Shown here one piece after another: positions 51,936 to 64,000 of a stretch of DNA of 64,000 nucleotides. The stretch's first letter is position 1; every line of letters starts with the position of its first letter. Origin of the DNA: Chiloscyllium plagiosum (taxonomy: Eukaryota); the NCBI RefSeq assembly GCF_004010195.1, contig NC_057719.1, positions 14,196,364 to 14,260,363 on the forward strand, in the 5' to 3' direction. The notes beneath the pieces were generated by a model. The model ran no database searches, had not been told where the DNA came from, and saw only the letters and a list, made by a program, of their open reading frames with translations. A program made the position numbers and the translations under genes.

Positions 51936-53094
51936 TTTATTTGTCAGCAACAAATCAAGTGGTTGAATTCTTCAGAAAAACAATGAAGAGCTAGTGAGTA
52001 TTTAACTGGATACTAATCCAAACCAACCAGACTGATACAAAGATAGAAAATAACAGAGACTCAGCAGGATCTGGCAGCATCTATAGTGAGAGGGAGACAG
52101 AGTTAATGTTTTGAGTCTGATATGACTCTTCTTGAGACTTGCAGAGGAGGAGAAAATGATGTTTTACATTCTATCGACAGAGTGTGAGGAGGAGTGAGTG
52201 GAACAGATGGAGAGGGTGTAGGGCAAAATAGAAAGTGAGTGCAAATGGTGATAAAGGAGAGATTGGGATGTAAAATAGGTGTAAGCGATTGGTGTGGAAA
52301 GGAGTATATGGGTCCTTTCCGCTGAGGGGAAAGGCAAAAGGATACACGTAAGACATAGGACTGGGAGTTGTAACCAAATGGAAGACTGAGGTTACATTCT
52401 GAAATTGTTGAACTCAATGCTGAGTGCTAAAGGCTGCAAAAAAACTGACTGATGTAGTGCCAACAAGTCTTATAACACAATGTACTGGGGTTTTGTAGCT
52501 TTTCATTATGCAGAACAACTTGGAGGGGATACTGAAAACAACAGGAATCTAGGATAAGTTCTGATGCCGTTTCCAGGTTTCTTACTGCAGAATTTTCCAA
52601 TGCAAAGATGGAACAAAAAAAATTGCTGTTGCCATGACGAATGAATAAACAGATATTGGTTGACTGTTCCAGTGATGGGATCGTTTCAATTTCAGGGTGG
52701 GAAAGAAAACTGTTGATTGAACAACTCTGGTTATTGTTCAGTCACAGATGTCAGATGGCGATACAAAGAAAAAGCAGCTTGCTTTTCACTTGTGAATTCA
52801 TGCTTTGCATCATTTGAAAGAGGTTCGAATTTCACTGACAAATTACTCCTAGACATGTATAGACTCATTTTGCACAGAATTGTGCATAAAGATGCTACTT
52901 TTACCTTTGACTGAGGTGTAATTTCGGTGCAATGATCAGGTAGTTTTGGTCCATGTGCGAAGATTGTTGAAATGCAGAGGTGCAGTGAGCGGAGAGTGAA
53001 TGCGCTTGACTTCAAGGAACCATTTTCCTCTTTGAAGAACCCTCATATAATTCAAGTTAATTGTACTCATGGGTGGGGGGGATTTGCCACTAAA

Positions 53095-53345
53095 ATGAAG
53101 CAAAGAACTGCGGATGCTGGGCACCTGAGGCAAAAACTGAAATCACATGAGAAACTCAGCAGGTCTGGCAGCATTGTCAGAGAGAAAGCAGAGTTAACAT
53201 TTCGGGTCCAGAATGTGGAATGAGGAAGGGCTTATGCCCGAAACATCGATTCTCCTGCTTCTCGGATGCTGCCTGACCAGCTGTGCTTTTCCAGCATCAC
53301 AATCTCGACTGATCTCCAGCATCTGCAGTCCTCACTTTCTCCTAC
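53095..53345. mobile_element. Penelope-derived pseudo-LTR pieces with a mutated hammerhead core
   Basis: tgaggaagggcttatgcccgaaacatcg at 53221. Confidence 0.7.
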
Positions 53346-53450
53346 AATTAAATGGATTGTCTAAGAACTCTAAGACTAACAAAGCATGAATTACTTTGTG
53401 GAAATAGTCTAATTCCATCACATCATTCTTAATTCTTAAAGAATGCTCAC

Positions 53451-53582
53451 CAATGCATTCTCCGATCGCTGTACGTTGGAAACCAGGTTGGCATCTTACG
53501 ATGCACTGGTAGGACCCAACCGTATTCTCACATTTCCAGACTCCACAGACTGAGCTGCCATATAAACTGCATTCATCGATAT
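53451..53582 (-). CDS. LTBP2: LTBP2-like exon C, cbEGF (DIDECSLYGSSVCGVWKCENTVGSYQCIVRCQPGFQRTAIGECI)
   Basis: Acceptor tatttag|AT, donor G|gtgagc; 132 nt. VCGxWKCEN and the C-xxx-CQPGF spacing resemble the distinctive human LTBP2 EGF as recalled (VCGTWKCEN...CVLGCQPGF). Confidence 0.92.
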
Positions 53583-54310
53583 CTAAATACACAAAAATAC
53601 AAGCAAAGGGGTTGATCATCATTAGAAAGCATTAATACATTGCTTCATAAATGTGCATATTCTTAAAAGGATTTACACTTGTTTAAAGATTAATATTAGA
53701 AGAGTATGTTTTGATTCGTGAGCACTGGCACCAGTGCTGGGTATGATGTGGAGGTGCCAATGTTAGACTGAAGTCACCTGACGAAGGCATGTGACTTCTG
53801 ACCAGTATTGGGGTAAGTGGGTTTACCATGAGATGTTCTAGATCTGAAGTACGCTGGAAACATAGTGTTCTTGCAAATTGTATAACTAGGGAAGTACAGA
53901 GGATTTTAAAAGTAACTAGCGGGGGTAAGGTATCAAATATGGAGAGGCACAGTATATCAAAGAAATAAGGCACGTAAAGAAAATGGTTATTTGAGAAATG
54001 AGAGTTAGAGGTGGGGGGAAAAGTCAGAGAAAAGAACATAGCAGCACATCAAAACTAGATGTTATCAAGATAACCAAAAGAAAATCGAAGGACTTTTGCA
54101 TGGACAAGAAATATTGGGTGCTTGTGATGAAGGGACAGGAATGATCATGGGTGATTTTACATATAAACTGGAAAAATAAGATTGGCAGTAGCAATTTGGA
54201 TGAGAAGTTCACAGAATGATTTAGACATAGGTTCTTAGAACAGCATATTCTGGAACTGACTGGGCAGCAGGTTAGTTTAGATTTGGCGAGCTGAGTCACA
54301 TGTGTTTTTA

Positions 54311-54597
54311 TTAGATTCCCTACAGTGTGGAAACAGGCACTTTAGCCCAACAAGTCCACACCGACCCTCTGAAGAGTAACCCACCCAGACTCATTTCCCT
54401 ACATTTACCCCTGAATAATACACCTAATGCTATGGGCAATTTAGCATGGCCAATTCACCTCACCTGCACATTTTTGGACTGTGGGAGGAAACCCACATAA
54501 ACACAGGGAGAAGGTGCAAACTCCACACAGACAGTCGCCCGCTGGAACCGGGGTCCCTGGCACTGTGAGGCAGCAGTACTAACCACTGTGCTGCCCC
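54311..54597 (-). mobile_element. HE1/V-SINE-like SINE
   Basis: Shared body and tail. Confidence 0.85.
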
Positions 54598-55719
54598 AAA
54601 GGGATTGGACAGTTTTGGATTAGGTATCAGTTTCACTGCTTTTCACAGGTTTGTTTCTCTCCACCAGGCCTCGGGAGATCTCTTGCCGTGTCTTACCAAA
54701 CCCACCTCATTAACTACCTACCTGCCCCAATGGCACCCCTTCGCTCAATTCTAGACTCATTTTATTACCCTGGGGGAACTTGCCACACACACAGGCTATC
54801 TGCCAAAAGATTGGCATCCCTGTCACCGATGCCATTTTTAAAAGGTCACTGTGCCTAGACAATCACTGGCATTCCATAACTGCCCTGCTTTTGAAGGGCA
54901 GACATTCCCCAGATGACACCATGATACCTCAACAGGGATCTGAAGATCCCGGAGAACAGGGTGGGGCAGATGAGGGCTATCTCCTTCCCAGAGGACTGGC
55001 AGAGGAGGTTACGCCAGGAGACCCTGGCAGCCTGGTCCAAGGTTGACACTGGGTCAGTGCTGCATCTATAATCCGGAGGAATAAAAGGTAAAATTGCCAT
55101 GGTCCCCAAGGACCATTGCACTGGCTCTCTCTCTCTCCCCAGTGAGAGATAGAGAGAGTGATCAGTGGTGGTGGTTTAATGGAGGATCACTTTAGCGTCA
55201 GCCTGTGCAGGAATTCGACCTACACTGTTGACATCACTTTGCATTGCAAATTGGCCATCCAGCCAACTGACCTAGTGGAACTCCAATCATCCCCACCCCC
55301 ACCCTTCCAACCACAGTGAGGACACAGTGTCACACAAAGAACAATGCTTTTCACTGCTCTGCCAGAGTCAATACCACATTCCTCCCTCCCACACTCATTC
55401 TATCTCTGCTATCGCATCCAATGTTCATGAGCTGTCACCCTCACTGTTGCCTGAAGATAGACTCTGATGAGACAACAAACTGTTGGAGACAATTGAAACA
55501 AGTGAAAGGTAACAGAGATATGTTTTGTCATTTCAGACACCCTTTTGTAATTTTCTGCAACGGATTTTTAAGTTTTGGAAATGGCTGTCCACATGTTTCC
55601 ATCTACAACATAACTAATGTCAAATAATCATTACTGTACAATTTCATAGACAACATAGGTTGTTAATAAAACACTAAAGTCTAAAATAAAGCAGTTAATA
55701 TTTGTAAATTGTTTCTTAC

Positions 55720-55842
55720 CTATACATTGTTCTGCTTCAGGTAAATGTGTGAAACCTGCATCACATCTACACATATATGATCCATCGGTATTTATGCATT
55801 GTCCCCCTGAACATTTAGTTTCGTCACTGCATTCATCCACAT
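55720..55842 (-). CDS. LTBP2: LTBP2-like exon B, cbEGF (DVDECSDETKCSGGQCINTDGSYMCRCDAGFTHLPEAEQCI)
   Basis: Acceptor cctgcag|AT, donor G|gtaaga; 123 nt, phase 1-1; cbEGF consensus. Confidence 0.9.
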
Positions 55843-55984
55843 CTGCAGGATGACCAATATAGATGAAGCAATGAACTTAGACAAAATATCTAAATGGACA
55901 GTTTAACATGAAATATCGTGCTGACAGGAAAAATGTACAATACATAGTAGATAGAAATAATGGATTATCATATATTTTCAATTG

Positions 55985-56243
55985 ATTAGATTCCCTACAG
56001 TGTGGAAACAGGCCATTTGGCCCAACAAGTGCACACTGACCCTCTGACTGATGCACCCAACACTATGGGCAATTTAGCATGGCCAATTCACCTCACCTGC
56101 ACATCTTTGGATTGTGGGAGGAAACCGGAGCAGACACGGGGTCTGTCTGTGTGGAGTTTGCACAGTCATCCAAGGCTGGAATCAAACCCGGGTTCCAGGT
56201 GCTGTAAGGCTGCAGTGCTAACCACTGAGCCACCGTGCTGCCC
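55985..56243 (-). mobile_element. HE1/V-SINE-like SINE with a small internal inversion (56139-56165)
   Basis: Shared body; the segment gtctgtctgtgtggagtttgcaca is flipped relative to other copies. Confidence 0.8.
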
Positions 56244-56884
56244 TATATTCCATATATATTGTTTAAAAAACCAAGTCTAATGTTGAATTGAGTTAGTTGG
56301 CTTATAGGCTCAATATTCATCATTTCTATTTGATGCAGAATAGCCAGAAATGAAGCCAGCACAATGCTGCTGCTTTGTCTGCAGTTGCTTTGTCTGCAGT
56401 TGCCCTTATATTTAACAAGTGAAATACACCACATGGCCCTAAGTAAAAAACTGCACATGAAAATCTAATTGCAGGACATTGTTGTGATGCTCATCAAGGT
56501 TAAATGGATCTGAGCCTGAAAGAACTGCTCCCTAACTAGTAAAGTTTAGCATTTTGTATTTGCTGCCTGTAGACTCAAGGGGCGTTAGAAAAGCCAATTG
56601 TGTGCAACCTCAAGCATTTAGTTCCATGTTTTAAATTAGTCAGTCTTTTGTCTTGTAATGCCTTAAAAACAGTAATTCTCTTTTAAATTATATAACAAGC
56701 ATAAGTATCGCTTTGGCTCTGTAAGTTTAAGAATTAAGTTCTTATAACTATGAGGTTCTGTTTTTTACTGTCTTCTTTGAACGTATCCTGCTGTATTTTG
56801 TAGGCGTACCTTGCTACTAGCATTAACATACTGATTTTACAAATGGTTTGTGCAGGCATAAGTATGGAGTGATTTTGGTTTTAA

Positions 56885-57760
56885 GAGTCATAGAAACCTA
56901 CATCACAGAAAAGCCTCTTCAGCCCATCATGTTTGCACAGTCAAAAATGGCCACTTACCTATTCTAATCCCATTTTTCAGCATTTGACTCATAATCGTGT
57001 ATGCCTTAGCTCCACAAGTGCATATCTAAATATTTCTGAAATGTGATGAGGATTTCTGCCTGTACCATCCTTACAGGCAGTGAGTTCCAGATTCCTACTA
57101 CCCTCTGGGTGAAAACATTTTTCCCCACAACTTAACTTTCTGCCCCTTCCCTTCTATTTATGTCCCTGGATCATTGATCCCTCCATCAAGGGGAAAGGTT
57201 CTTCCTGGCCAACCTATCGATGCCCCCTCCAATTTGATACATCTCAATAGTGTCCCCTCTCAATCTCCACTGATCTAAGGAAAACAACTCCAGTCTATCC
57301 AATCTCTCTTCGTAACTGAAACTCTCCAGGCCAGGCAATATCCTGGTAAATCTCCTCTGCATCCTCTTCAATGCTATCATATCCCTCCCATAATGTGGAT
57401 TCCAGAACTGCACACAATACTCTAGCTATGGCCTAGCCAACATTTTGTACAGTTCCAGCATAACATCCCTGATCTTAAATCTATGCCTCAATTAATAAAG
57501 GCAAGTATCTTGTTTGCCTTTTGAGCCACTTTATCTACCTGTCCTGATACCTTAAGGGACTGGTGGATATGCACACCAAGGTCCCCCTGATTTTCGGTGC
57601 TTCTCAGGGTCCCACCATTCATCATATATTCCTTTGGTTATTTGACCTGCCCACTTCATATTTATCCAGATTGAATTTCAGTTACCATTGATCAGCCCAT
57701 CTGACCAGCCTATCTATATCCTCCTGTACTCTAAGGTTATCCTTCTTGCTATTTAGGGCT
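56885..57760 (-). mobile_element. CR1-group LINE 3' fragment
   Basis: QFWNPHY...RRFTRILPGLESFSYEERLDRL. Confidence 0.85.
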
Positions 57761-60700
57761 GTTTGCAAAACTATGTACCATTTTGCACTCTTTTGCTATT
57801 TTTTTCACTAACTTGTGCAAAGTCACTGTAAAAATTTACACCCCACTGAAGACGTGCTTTTCACCATAATACACTGATAACTCCAATAAAATCAAAATGC
57901 TGCAAATTCTAGAAATCTGAAAGAAACACAAAGAAACTCAGTATTAATGTTTTGAGTCTGATATGACTCTTTTTCAGACTCAAAATGTTAACTCTGTTTT
58001 TCTCTCTCCACAGATTCTGCTCAGCCTGCCGAGTTTCTCTAGTGTTCCCTGTGTTTGATGTGCACTTATAACTGGCTGGCTTCATGAGAATTCTTCAGGA
58101 CGTGCAATATTGACACCTGGACATCAAGTAGGCATTTGAGACAATGAGCCCAGAAGTTCATCATCTCAAATAACTGGACAAAGAAACTGTCGCAAGGCAC
58201 CCATTATCTTATTAGAAGGCCATTAAACTTAATGAAAGGACAGGAGAACCCTAATGAGAATGACTGTCCCACATATATCTGATAGCATAGGGTACCAGCC
58301 AGGAGTTCACAGAAAGTGACATCTGTAGATGACTGTCATCCTTCAGAACCCAATTACTGACTGAACACACACTACCTAAACCAATCAGAAAGAAATCCTG
58401 TACTTTCTGTATCAATCAAAGTCTAGAAAACCACAGATTATAAATTGGGAAAGTTTTATGAGCAGACAGAAGAGCATTTAGCTGGTGTCAGTTCGAAGGA
58501 TTGCGGATTGATTTAGTTTTTTGCTTGGCGAAAATTCCCCTCATTTGGAAATATCTTGGATTTGGTTCGTAGGTGTCCTAGTTGAAGTTGGATATATGAT
58601 GCATTTCTCCTGGAGAAAGCTGTTAATTTAGAAAATAGATAACCTCAGTATAAGGGTTTAGTTTAAAAGTTCCACACCCTAAGTGTTTGGTTGATACCCT
58701 GAAGGGGTTAGTCAAAGCTGAGACAGTCTAAGCTCAGTGCGTGAATGCTCAAGGATCACAGAGGGTGGTTCACATGTGAAATGAAATGCCAGAGGAAGTG
58801 GTAGATGCAAGTACAGTTACAACATGTAAAAGACATTTGGACAGGTACATTAAAAGAAAAGGTTTAGAAAAATATGAGTCAGATGCAAGCAAGTGGGAAT
58901 GGTTTAATTTGGGAAACTTAGTCAGCATAGATGAGTTGGACTGAAGGGTATGTTTCTGTGCTGTATGACCCGATGACTCTAAGAGGATATCTGACTCTCA
59001 CGATCAGGAGTCGAAAGTAACATTTAAGTCAAACTATAGATATGATAGAGAAGGAAATTCTCTCTGCTGGTTAAGTACGTGAAATAATAATTCATATTCT
59101 GTATTTTGACTGTGTGTCTTTAAATCTTCCAAATTGTATTATACGTACATTTTTGATTTAATGTATTCAATCTTCTTTTCCTTCATGTGAATTAACTGCT
59201 GTTTTATTGTTAAAACCAGATCTGCAGCATTGTGTGCTTATAGTTCAGTGAAAGACCATCTCTTCAAATTAAAAAAAAACTTAAATATGATTCATCAAGC
59301 CAGATTTCAGCCTTGGACTCTGACTTATTCAGGAATAACATCAGCTGGGATTAAACAGATTCATACTGACTTCTAATACTACACTTTGTCCAAGTCAAAC
59401 CAAATATGAGGGTACAATGAGCTGCTAGCTAAGGATTTAAAACAAATAACATTTGGCAACTGAAATAAAGGATCAATCTATTAAATTAATTAATAATAAT
59501 TGTTACAATGACATAGATGCTGCAAGTATACCCTTGGATTCAGTGGCCAGTTGATTCTGTAATTGATCTGAACATGGTGTTGACTAACACTGCTTTATAA
59601 GTGCTTGTTACCAGTCCTGGGAGAGTAACAAAACAATCCACTTAAAATGGGGAGGAAGATCCATGACTTGAATACATATTGTTTCAGTTTTTCTAATGCC
59701 AGATAAAGTGAATACTTCATGAGGTGACATGGTTTGAGACATATATTGCTTTAATTCACAATATTATGCTGTGTACTGGGTACTAGTTAATGTTAGAATT
59801 TCATAATTTAACCGATCAGACATATATTCATGGAAATTATACAAAATAAATGAAATGCAACACTATCCTACTATTTAACGGATTGTCTTGTATAACGTAA
59901 ATGGAATACATCTTCTGCCTCCTCCCTTACAGTTACAGTGCACTTTGATGCCTGATTAATCTTGCTGTCCTGATTCCAAAGTCCAGTGTAGTTTTTAAAG
60001 GTGTTAAGATTGTGCTTTATTCCTTTTCTTTATACCTGTCTTTTAAATACATTCTGCACTAACGTGTTGTATTGCGAAGAGCAGGGAAACCCTGCTTTCT
60101 AATTTCCCTCACTTCAATTTTGCTTTCTGTCAAATTGTTGAAAGAATCCAAACTATTTATCAATCATGGATTGGAATTTCCCTGTCTCCTGGAGTCCAAG
60201 TGTTTTGTGACGACAGATCAGTGGTGCTTGATCTGCCCTACCTCAAAGTGACTTTACTCATCCGATCTTCCACTCTCCGGATGCTGAGTTCCAAAGGGAA
60301 ATGTAGCAGGGCGGAAGTGATGTCTGAGACCAGACATTTTCACATGGTAAGGCTGGTTATTTGCTGACGTTAAATTGCACAGATGAAAGAGAATGGTGGG
60401 TTGTGGCCAGGGAACATGCATTGAACAGAGAGCACATGAAAAGGCCCTTCAGCCAACAATGCCTGTGCTGATCATGATGCAATCCTAAACTAATCCCACT
60501 GCTTGCTCGTGGTCTGCATCTCTCTGTCTTCCCTTCATATGTCTATCTAAATGCCTCTTCAACTTTGCTATCATAATGCAAGTATGTTTTTGTGAAGAAC
60601 TAGTGGCAAAATGACCAGGACAAGCACTTGGTGAGCAGCAGCCATGTAGTATCATCGGAACAGGAGTAGACCGTTCAGCCCCTCGAGCCTATTCTGTCAT

Positions 60701-62504
60701 TTAATGAGATCATGGTTAATCTGTGCCCAACCCAGTGTGACATTTGTCTGATACCCCTTAGTACCTTCATTTAACAAAAACAAATCCATGTCAGATTTAA
60801 AATTAACAATTCATCTAGAAGCAACTGCCATTTGTGGAAGAGAGCTCCAAATCTCTCCCATCTTTTATGTGTTGAAGTGCTTCCTAATATCTCTCCCAAA
60901 TGGTCTAGCTCTAGGTTTTGGGCTATGGCCCTCTCGGACTGACATGTTGCGAATTGTTTCTCAGTGAAAGAGAAATGAACCTGAGAGGTTTGAATGGATG
61001 GAACAAGGTAGTCACCATTCATTGGTGAAATTCCAACCACCATTTATGGCATCAGGAAAACTTTTCTTGGTCAAGAATCTGATTTCTTTTATTCATATCA
61101 TTTTTCCCCTTCCTTTCTTGCTATTGCTCATAGAATACAGGGAGAGGAAAATTCTACCCATGGAGACAAGTGATCAAATTACTTATGGTTAGGTCTCTGA
61201 GGTCTCCAATTAGCTTAATAAATACTTTTCTTCTGAATTTCGATTCACGACCCAGCATGCGGTTTTCCTGAGAAACTAAGTTTTTCAGAGGAAGCTATAG
61301 CTCAAAGCAAATTTTGGCATAATTGAAGCTAAGTTCCATGGACAAAAACAACGAAAATGTCCTGAAATGTAACATAGCTCTAGGTGGTAACATCTCTTGT
61401 TGCAATAGCAAATCTAAAATATCACGTTTTGGCTATTTGACAGTACACAGAGTGCACATAAGTTTGGCCAGAGAAACATCCAGCAATGTTTTTTTCAAAG
61501 CGTCTCTGGCAATCTGCTCACATCTACAATTACATAACACCAAATGAATTACCTCATGAAAGTTGCAGAGTGGGTTAAGACTAAACTGCTCAGAGGCAAA
61601 TGTTCTGAAATGGCTAAGCACGTGTGTCTGCTGTTCCCATTTATATGTTGAAGTTGTGGTTTGAAGAAAGTGTTTTTTTTATTATCAAAGTGCGTTCCCA
61701 GAAGCTTTCACAAATTGAAACTTTAATGAGTATTTCCTTCTGAGGTTTACAAGGTGTTCACCATTTCATTCCTCTGACTGCTGGTATTTGCATTCACCCT
61801 CCAACACTCCTCAAATCTATGGGACAACTGTATGACTGCATGGCATGTTAAATCTGGAATCACAAACAGTTGGACGTAAACGTAGGCAAGTGTGAGATTA
61901 TGCATCAAAGTGAAGAAGACAATCAGGGATTAAAGAAGATGGCATCAATCCTAAAACAGAGGAAGGAACAAAAGCAGAAGCAGGAAAAAGATTTGTCAAG
62001 CAGAAACATGAAACGAGGAAGTGTTTATTTATTTGTTCGTGGGACATGAGTGTTGCAGCTGGACCAGCATATATTATCCATCCCTAATTATCCTGGAGAA
62101 AGTAATGGTGAGCAGCTTTCTTGAACTGCGGCTGTCAATGGTTACAGGGACAACAACAATGCTGTCAGGAAAAGGGTCTCAGGATTTTTGCTCAGCGACA
62201 ATGTTGGAACAGGGATATATGTGCCAATCCAGGAAGATGAGAACAAGCATAGTGGTCCCATACATCCGCTATACTTCATCTTTAAGGTGGTTGAGTTTGT
62301 GGGTTTTTAGAACGTGCTTTCAAAAGTATCTTGGTCAGTTAGTCCAGTGCATCTTGCAAATGGTCAACACTATTCCCGTCATGTAGCGGTAGTGAAGGGA
62401 ATTGGCTTTGAAGGTTGTGGAGGAATACAGATCAAGTGGGCTGCTCTGTCCTGGACAGTGTCAAACTCTTTGAGTGTTATTAGAGTGAACCCCATCCAAG
62501 GAAA

Positions 62505-62715
62505 ATGTGAGGACTGCAGATCCTGGAAAGCAGAATTGAGAGTGTGGTGCTGGAAAAGCACAGCCGGTCTGGCAGCATCCGAGGAACAGGAGATTTGACA
62601 TTTCAGGCATAAGCTCATCATCAGGATGAAGGGTTCATGCTCAAAACGTCAATTCTCCTACTCCTCGGATGCTGCCAGACCTGTTGCGCTTTTCCAGAAT
62701 CACACTCGCAACTCT
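62505..62715. mobile_element. Fold-back Penelope-derived element nested in an older LINE/SINE remnant (62020-62930)
   Basis: Inverted arms; degenerate hammerhead cores on both strands; duplicated tgaaccccatcca flanks. Confidence 0.7.
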
Positions 62716-63255
62716 GAACCCCATCCAGGTATCTGAATGGTATTTCATCACATACCTCTGTAGATGGTGGACAGGTATTGAGGTGATGAGATGTGAGTTA
62801 TTTGCCACAGAAACCCTAGTCTCTGACACTCTTTTGTAACCATATTGTCAAAGTTCAGCTTCTGGTCAATGGTAACCTCTAGGATGTTGGTGATGGTGTG
62901 TTCAGTGATGATAACGTGATTGAACATCAAAGGAAATTAACAGAGATAAATTACTTTAAGGGTATAAAAAGAATGGAATTGATTTTTTGCACTAACCTGA
63001 CACAGTGACCAATAACATACAGCACTGACTTCAGAGTTCCATTTCAACCCATCATCTAAACTCCTAATCAGGTGAGATACTGGGATTGAAATTGGCTTTC
63101 AGCTATGGAATAAAATGGGTGGCCTTAAATTGGCAGCCTAGATTACATTACCATGGCTGAATTTTATTTCTTACTGAAGTGATAAGCATACTATTATTGA
63201 TTCTGTCCTCCTGCCAAAGAGCAGAGCCATCTTCACCACTAGCCCAATGGACTAA

Positions 63256-63585
63256 AGAATTAGAATTAGAATCCCAACAGTGTGGAAACAGGCCCTTTGG
63301 CCCAACAAGTCCACACCGAACCTCCAAAGAGTAACCCACCCAGACCCATTCCCCTACATTTACACCAGACTCATGCACCTAACCTACACATCCCTGAACA
63401 CTACGGGCAATTTAGCATGGCCAATTCACCTAACCTGCACATCTTTGGATTGTGGGAGGAAACCCACACAGACGCGGGGAGAATGTGCAAACTCCACACA
63501 GGCAGGCACCCAAGAGTGGGAATTAAACCCGGATCCCTGGTGCTGTGAGGCAGTAGTGCTAGCCACTGAGGCACTACGCCACTCC
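63256..63585 (-). mobile_element. HE1/V-SINE-like SINE
   Basis: Shared body and tail. Confidence 0.85.
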
Positions 63586-63716
63586 TAAAGAAATTGGAAA
63601 TAAGAAAAAAAGAGTTTCAAATCATAGCAAACTGCAATGTGCAAATCATAGGAGATGTAACATAAACCATACAAACAGTTAGGCTGCAAAGGCTTGAATA
63701 TAATTAATGATCTTAC

Positions 63717-63845
63717 CTTCACAGCCTGTTCCATCAGTAGTAGTGGTGTAGCCCTGAGCACAGAGACAGTGATAAGATCCTCCTTCATTGTTTATGCATT
63801 CTCCATTTGGACCACAGATGTCTCTGGCCAAGCATTCATTAATAT
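63717..63845 (-). CDS. LTBP2: LTBP2-like exon A, cbEGF domain (DINECLARDICGPNGECINNEGGSYHCLCAQGYTTTTDGTGCE)
   Basis: Acceptor ...ctccatag|AT and donor G|gtaaga; 129 nt, phase 1-1; six Cys with D-I-N-E-C calcium-binding motif. Confidence 0.9.
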
Positions 63846-64000
63846 CTATGGAGCAGAGAACATACTGCAGGAAGTATGACACTAACAGTGGGCGCCCAGA
63901 AACAAAAGCAAGAAACATTGACCCTAAAACCAAATTAACTAGAATTGGGACTTTTAACCATCCCCATTAATTATCCTCTGTTCTGAAGAAGAACTCTGTC

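Noticed and set aside
54780..55050. Possible Myb/SANT-like (Harbinger-type) transposon remnant
   Set aside because: Resemblance too weak and fragmentary to support without a profile search
58040..59350. Long LTR-like element with related ends near 29190 and 31620
   Set aside because: Similarity is limited to short 3' stretches; ends and TSDs not established
635..63845. Fibrillin or LTBP1 as the gene identity
   Set aside because: The linker plus TB with CYYNLND and the flanking EGFs are LTBP-type. Exons B and C and the exon G tail fit LTBP2 as recalled. LTBP1 is not fully excluded without a phylogeny.

Overview
This is vertebrate genomic DNA, and the repeat complement (HE1/V-SINE-like tRNA SINEs, CR1-group LINEs, Penelope-like elements) points to a shark or other cartilaginous fish. 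The whole 64 kb lies inside one minus-strand gene. Seven canonical GT-AG, phase 1-1 exons (63845-63717, 55842-55720, 53582-53451, 38805-38680, 17006-16863, 11753-11562, 721-635) encode five calcium-binding EGF domains followed by an 8-cysteine TB domain. Exon order and diagnostic motifs best match LTBP2. Its TB3 domain nevertheless has the 4-residue Cys6-Cys7 spacer (C-EVHP-C) typical of the latent-TGF-beta-binding LTBPs, which mammalian LTBP2 lacks. The introns are mostly decayed retroelements. They include many Penelope-derived elements with hammerhead-ribozyme cores (one as a TSD-flanked tandem pair), three solo LTRs, several local inverted duplications or hairpins, and one 144-N gap. Exon boundaries were read base by base. 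Repeat boundaries are approximate, and family names and human comparisons are from memory, not from database searches.
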